Shown here in pieces: positions 35,501 through 37,407 of a DNA stretch of 37,407 nucleotides. A program made the translations under genes and the position numbers. Each line of letters starts with the position of its first letter. Position 1 is the first letter of the stretch. The notes under the pieces were generated by a model, which saw nothing but the letters and a program-made list of their open reading frames with translations, did no database searches and was not told where the DNA came from. Location: assembly GCF_001194135.2 (NCBI RefSeq), contig NC_068983.1, forward strand, positions 114,296,920 through 114,334,326. The letters run 5' to 3'. This stretch comes from Octopus bimaculoides. Lineage: Eukaryota.

Positions 35501-36834
35501 ATTACATGCCCATACCAACACACTACAACTAATTCTTCTTATACCCAGTCACACACAATTGTATTTTGGTAAACTGGATTATTTTCTCCTAGCTAAAGGT
35601 TTTGTACAATTACCATTAGTCAAGCATAATCATTGGTGAGTCTGAAATAATGAATGGAAAAGTTGTTTAGCATATTGAAGGTGTGCAACACCATTTAATT
35701 AATTTAGTAGTAGGTGAAGTGGTTGGTCTGGTGATTGGTCATGTGATTGATAGTGCTATCAATGACTTCCGTTCATTTGACTGATATCACTAACAGATAG
35801 TTTTGCATTGAAGCTAGTCACATGGTTGGCAGAATTAAGATGCCCCTGCTTTTTGACAAGTATGTATACACATGTACACGCGTGCACACACACACATATT
35901 GCTGTTGACTGTGGATATTCTAAACATTACCAAATCATCTGACATTTGCTTTCTAGGCATATCTCTCTCTTTCCAGTGTAAAATAAAGAAGAAAAATATC
36001 TCAGAACAAAAGAAGTTTAGCTTCAAATCAATTTAACCTTATCTGAAAAGCAAGGCCTTAAATCATCAGTCCGTATCTGCCATTACTGAGAAATTGCTGC
36101 ATAATAGTTGAATAATAATTTCTTCACCTCAAGATTTATGGTTGGTTTGAGATAAAAAAAACCTAAACAATAACATACAATAGAACTTGACAAGTAAAGT
36201 GGAAGAGAGTTAGGTTAAATCCTAGTCTGATAAAGCTTTGAACTGAAATATAATATGTTGTGGTGATGGCTGAAATTTCTTGTATTTGATTTGAGTTCAG
36301 TGCAAAGGCTTGCTTAACTTGCTCTAGAAATAGATACACCATTGATTAAACACTCCTGATATATATCAACTCAGGTTACAGTTTAAGAGCTCCATGTGAG
36401 AACATCTTTGAAATATCAGAACAATCAGAAGTTATTTATTACCAAGTGCATAAAATGTAGATATCATTGAAATCAAAGAACTGAATAAGCACTGGCATTA
36501 TTTTATAATGTAAATCTCCCTGGGGTCCTGAAGAGCTGAAAAGCACCAGTATTGTCAAATGGTAGTAAGCAAATATAAGGCAAGTCCCCCTACTTGATAA
36601 AATGCTAGTAGTCTAGTTAAGGGACTCAGTTACAGACCCACAGCTACCAGACAAGACCAGACACTGATATAGGCCAGTGTTCTTAGATGAATAATGTTAC
36701 TTTTATTTCTATTAGTTGATATAGGTGAAAAGTGGTAAGATTTCCACGAAACATGACTAAATCTACAACTCTTGATTTGGATGAAATTTCAACCCCAGGA
36801 GATATTTCATGATTCTAGAAGAAAATTTTGAATT

Positions 36835-37090
36835 TACATTATTTACAGTTGACGGATATTTCTCCTAATCTTGTTTGTTGTTAACACAACGTTTCGGCTG
36901 ATATACCCTCCAGCCTTCATCAGGTGTCTTGGGGAAATTTCAAATCTGGGGTTCTCATTCCTGAGGTATTTTTTTATGTTGTTGTTGTTGTTGTTATTAT
37001 TATTATTATTATTGTTATTCAGGTCACTGCCTGGAATTGAACTTGGAATCTTGGGGTTAGTAGCCCGTGCTCTTAACCGCTACACCATAT
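36835..37090 (-). mobile_element. tRNA-headed SINE, family D: tRNA-like head, (AAT/AAC)n linker, Penelope-like hammerhead tail
   Basis: A box TGGTGTAGCGG at 37087-37077, anticodon-like arm GGG-CTACTAA-CCC, B box GTTCAATTCC at 37042-37033, microsatellite at about 37020-36978, hammerhead at 36928-36883. Confidence 0.8.
36883..36928 (-). ncRNA. Minimal type I hammerhead ribozyme motif
   Basis: The minus strand reads GACAC-CUGAUGA-A-GGCUG-gaggguauau-CAGCC-GAAAC-GUU-GUGUU. Both core boxes are present, stem II is a perfect 5 bp, stem I is GACAC/GUGUU (4 Watson-Crick pairs plus one GU), and stem III is palindromic AACGUU. The predicted GUU cleavage falls between 36888 and 36887. Confidence 0.72.
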
Positions 37091-37407
37091 TCTAGTGTGG
37101 AAATTGTTTTAATTATTTTTAGGTAAAAAATCCTTTATCATTCTTTAGACTGTTTCTGCTAAATTGTTTTTCCTTAATATTTATTTTAAGAATGCTAATG
37201 TTAATCAATATAAGGCTGGTTGATTTTATGCAATAAATAATATTGTATATAAAATTTTTATTTTTCTTCTTATATGCGAGAGAAAATTGGGATGAGGGAT
37301 TGCTAAAATTCGGAACTACAGGGAAAAGATTTAAAAAGTACAAGTTTAAACGCTCACAGAATGCTTTTACCAATGACAGCATAGAGCTTAATTATGAAAA
37401 CAGTAAG

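Noticed and set aside
37022-37090. Possible tRNA gene with an ACT anticodon
   Set aside because: It has no convincing acceptor stem or T-run terminator and runs directly into a SINE body, so it is treated as a SINE head.
30000-37407. Search for the WW-domain exon expected upstream of 29927
   Set aside because: No GWE...YxxH...W.DP pattern was found by eye. Near matches at about 30611 and 34554 hit stops. The exon is probably outside the window or in a gap.
1-37407. CRISPR arrays, operons or other prokaryotic systems
   Set aside because: The sequence is eukaryotic and spliced, with no regularly spaced repeat-spacer array.

Overview
AT-rich, microsatellite- and SINE-dense animal genomic DNA with five assembly gaps. 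The repeat repertoire looks like a coleoid cephalopod, probably Octopus (inference). The only protein-coding gene I can support is the 3' half of a YAP1/Yorkie/TAZ-family Hippo effector on the minus strand. It has five exons (29927-29668, 27449-27299, 22646-22566, 17472-17363, 15107-15027) with canonical splice sites and consistent phases. They encode the Q/P-rich linker and coiled coil, the HSRQES/DSG phosphodegron, and the C-terminal activation domain ending ...VDGLLWL*. The WW and TEAD-binding exons were not found and probably lie beyond the right edge or in a gap. The rest is transposon-derived: RTE-clade LINE pieces (one with a 12-bp TSD and a PHD-like finger inside the RT), at least four tRNA-headed SINE families, hAT, Tc1/mariner and TTAA-type MITEs, a decayed Gypsy-like integrase and a 5'-truncated 5S rRNA copy. 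The most striking item is a tRNA-headed SINE (36835-37090, minus) whose tail folds into a minimal type I hammerhead ribozyme, in sense orientation to the YAP gene. Other leads are loss of the LTWL PDZ threonine, an inverted SINE pair bracketing two exons whose circle would be a stop-free 411-nt ORF, and a SINE abutting a YAP splice donor.
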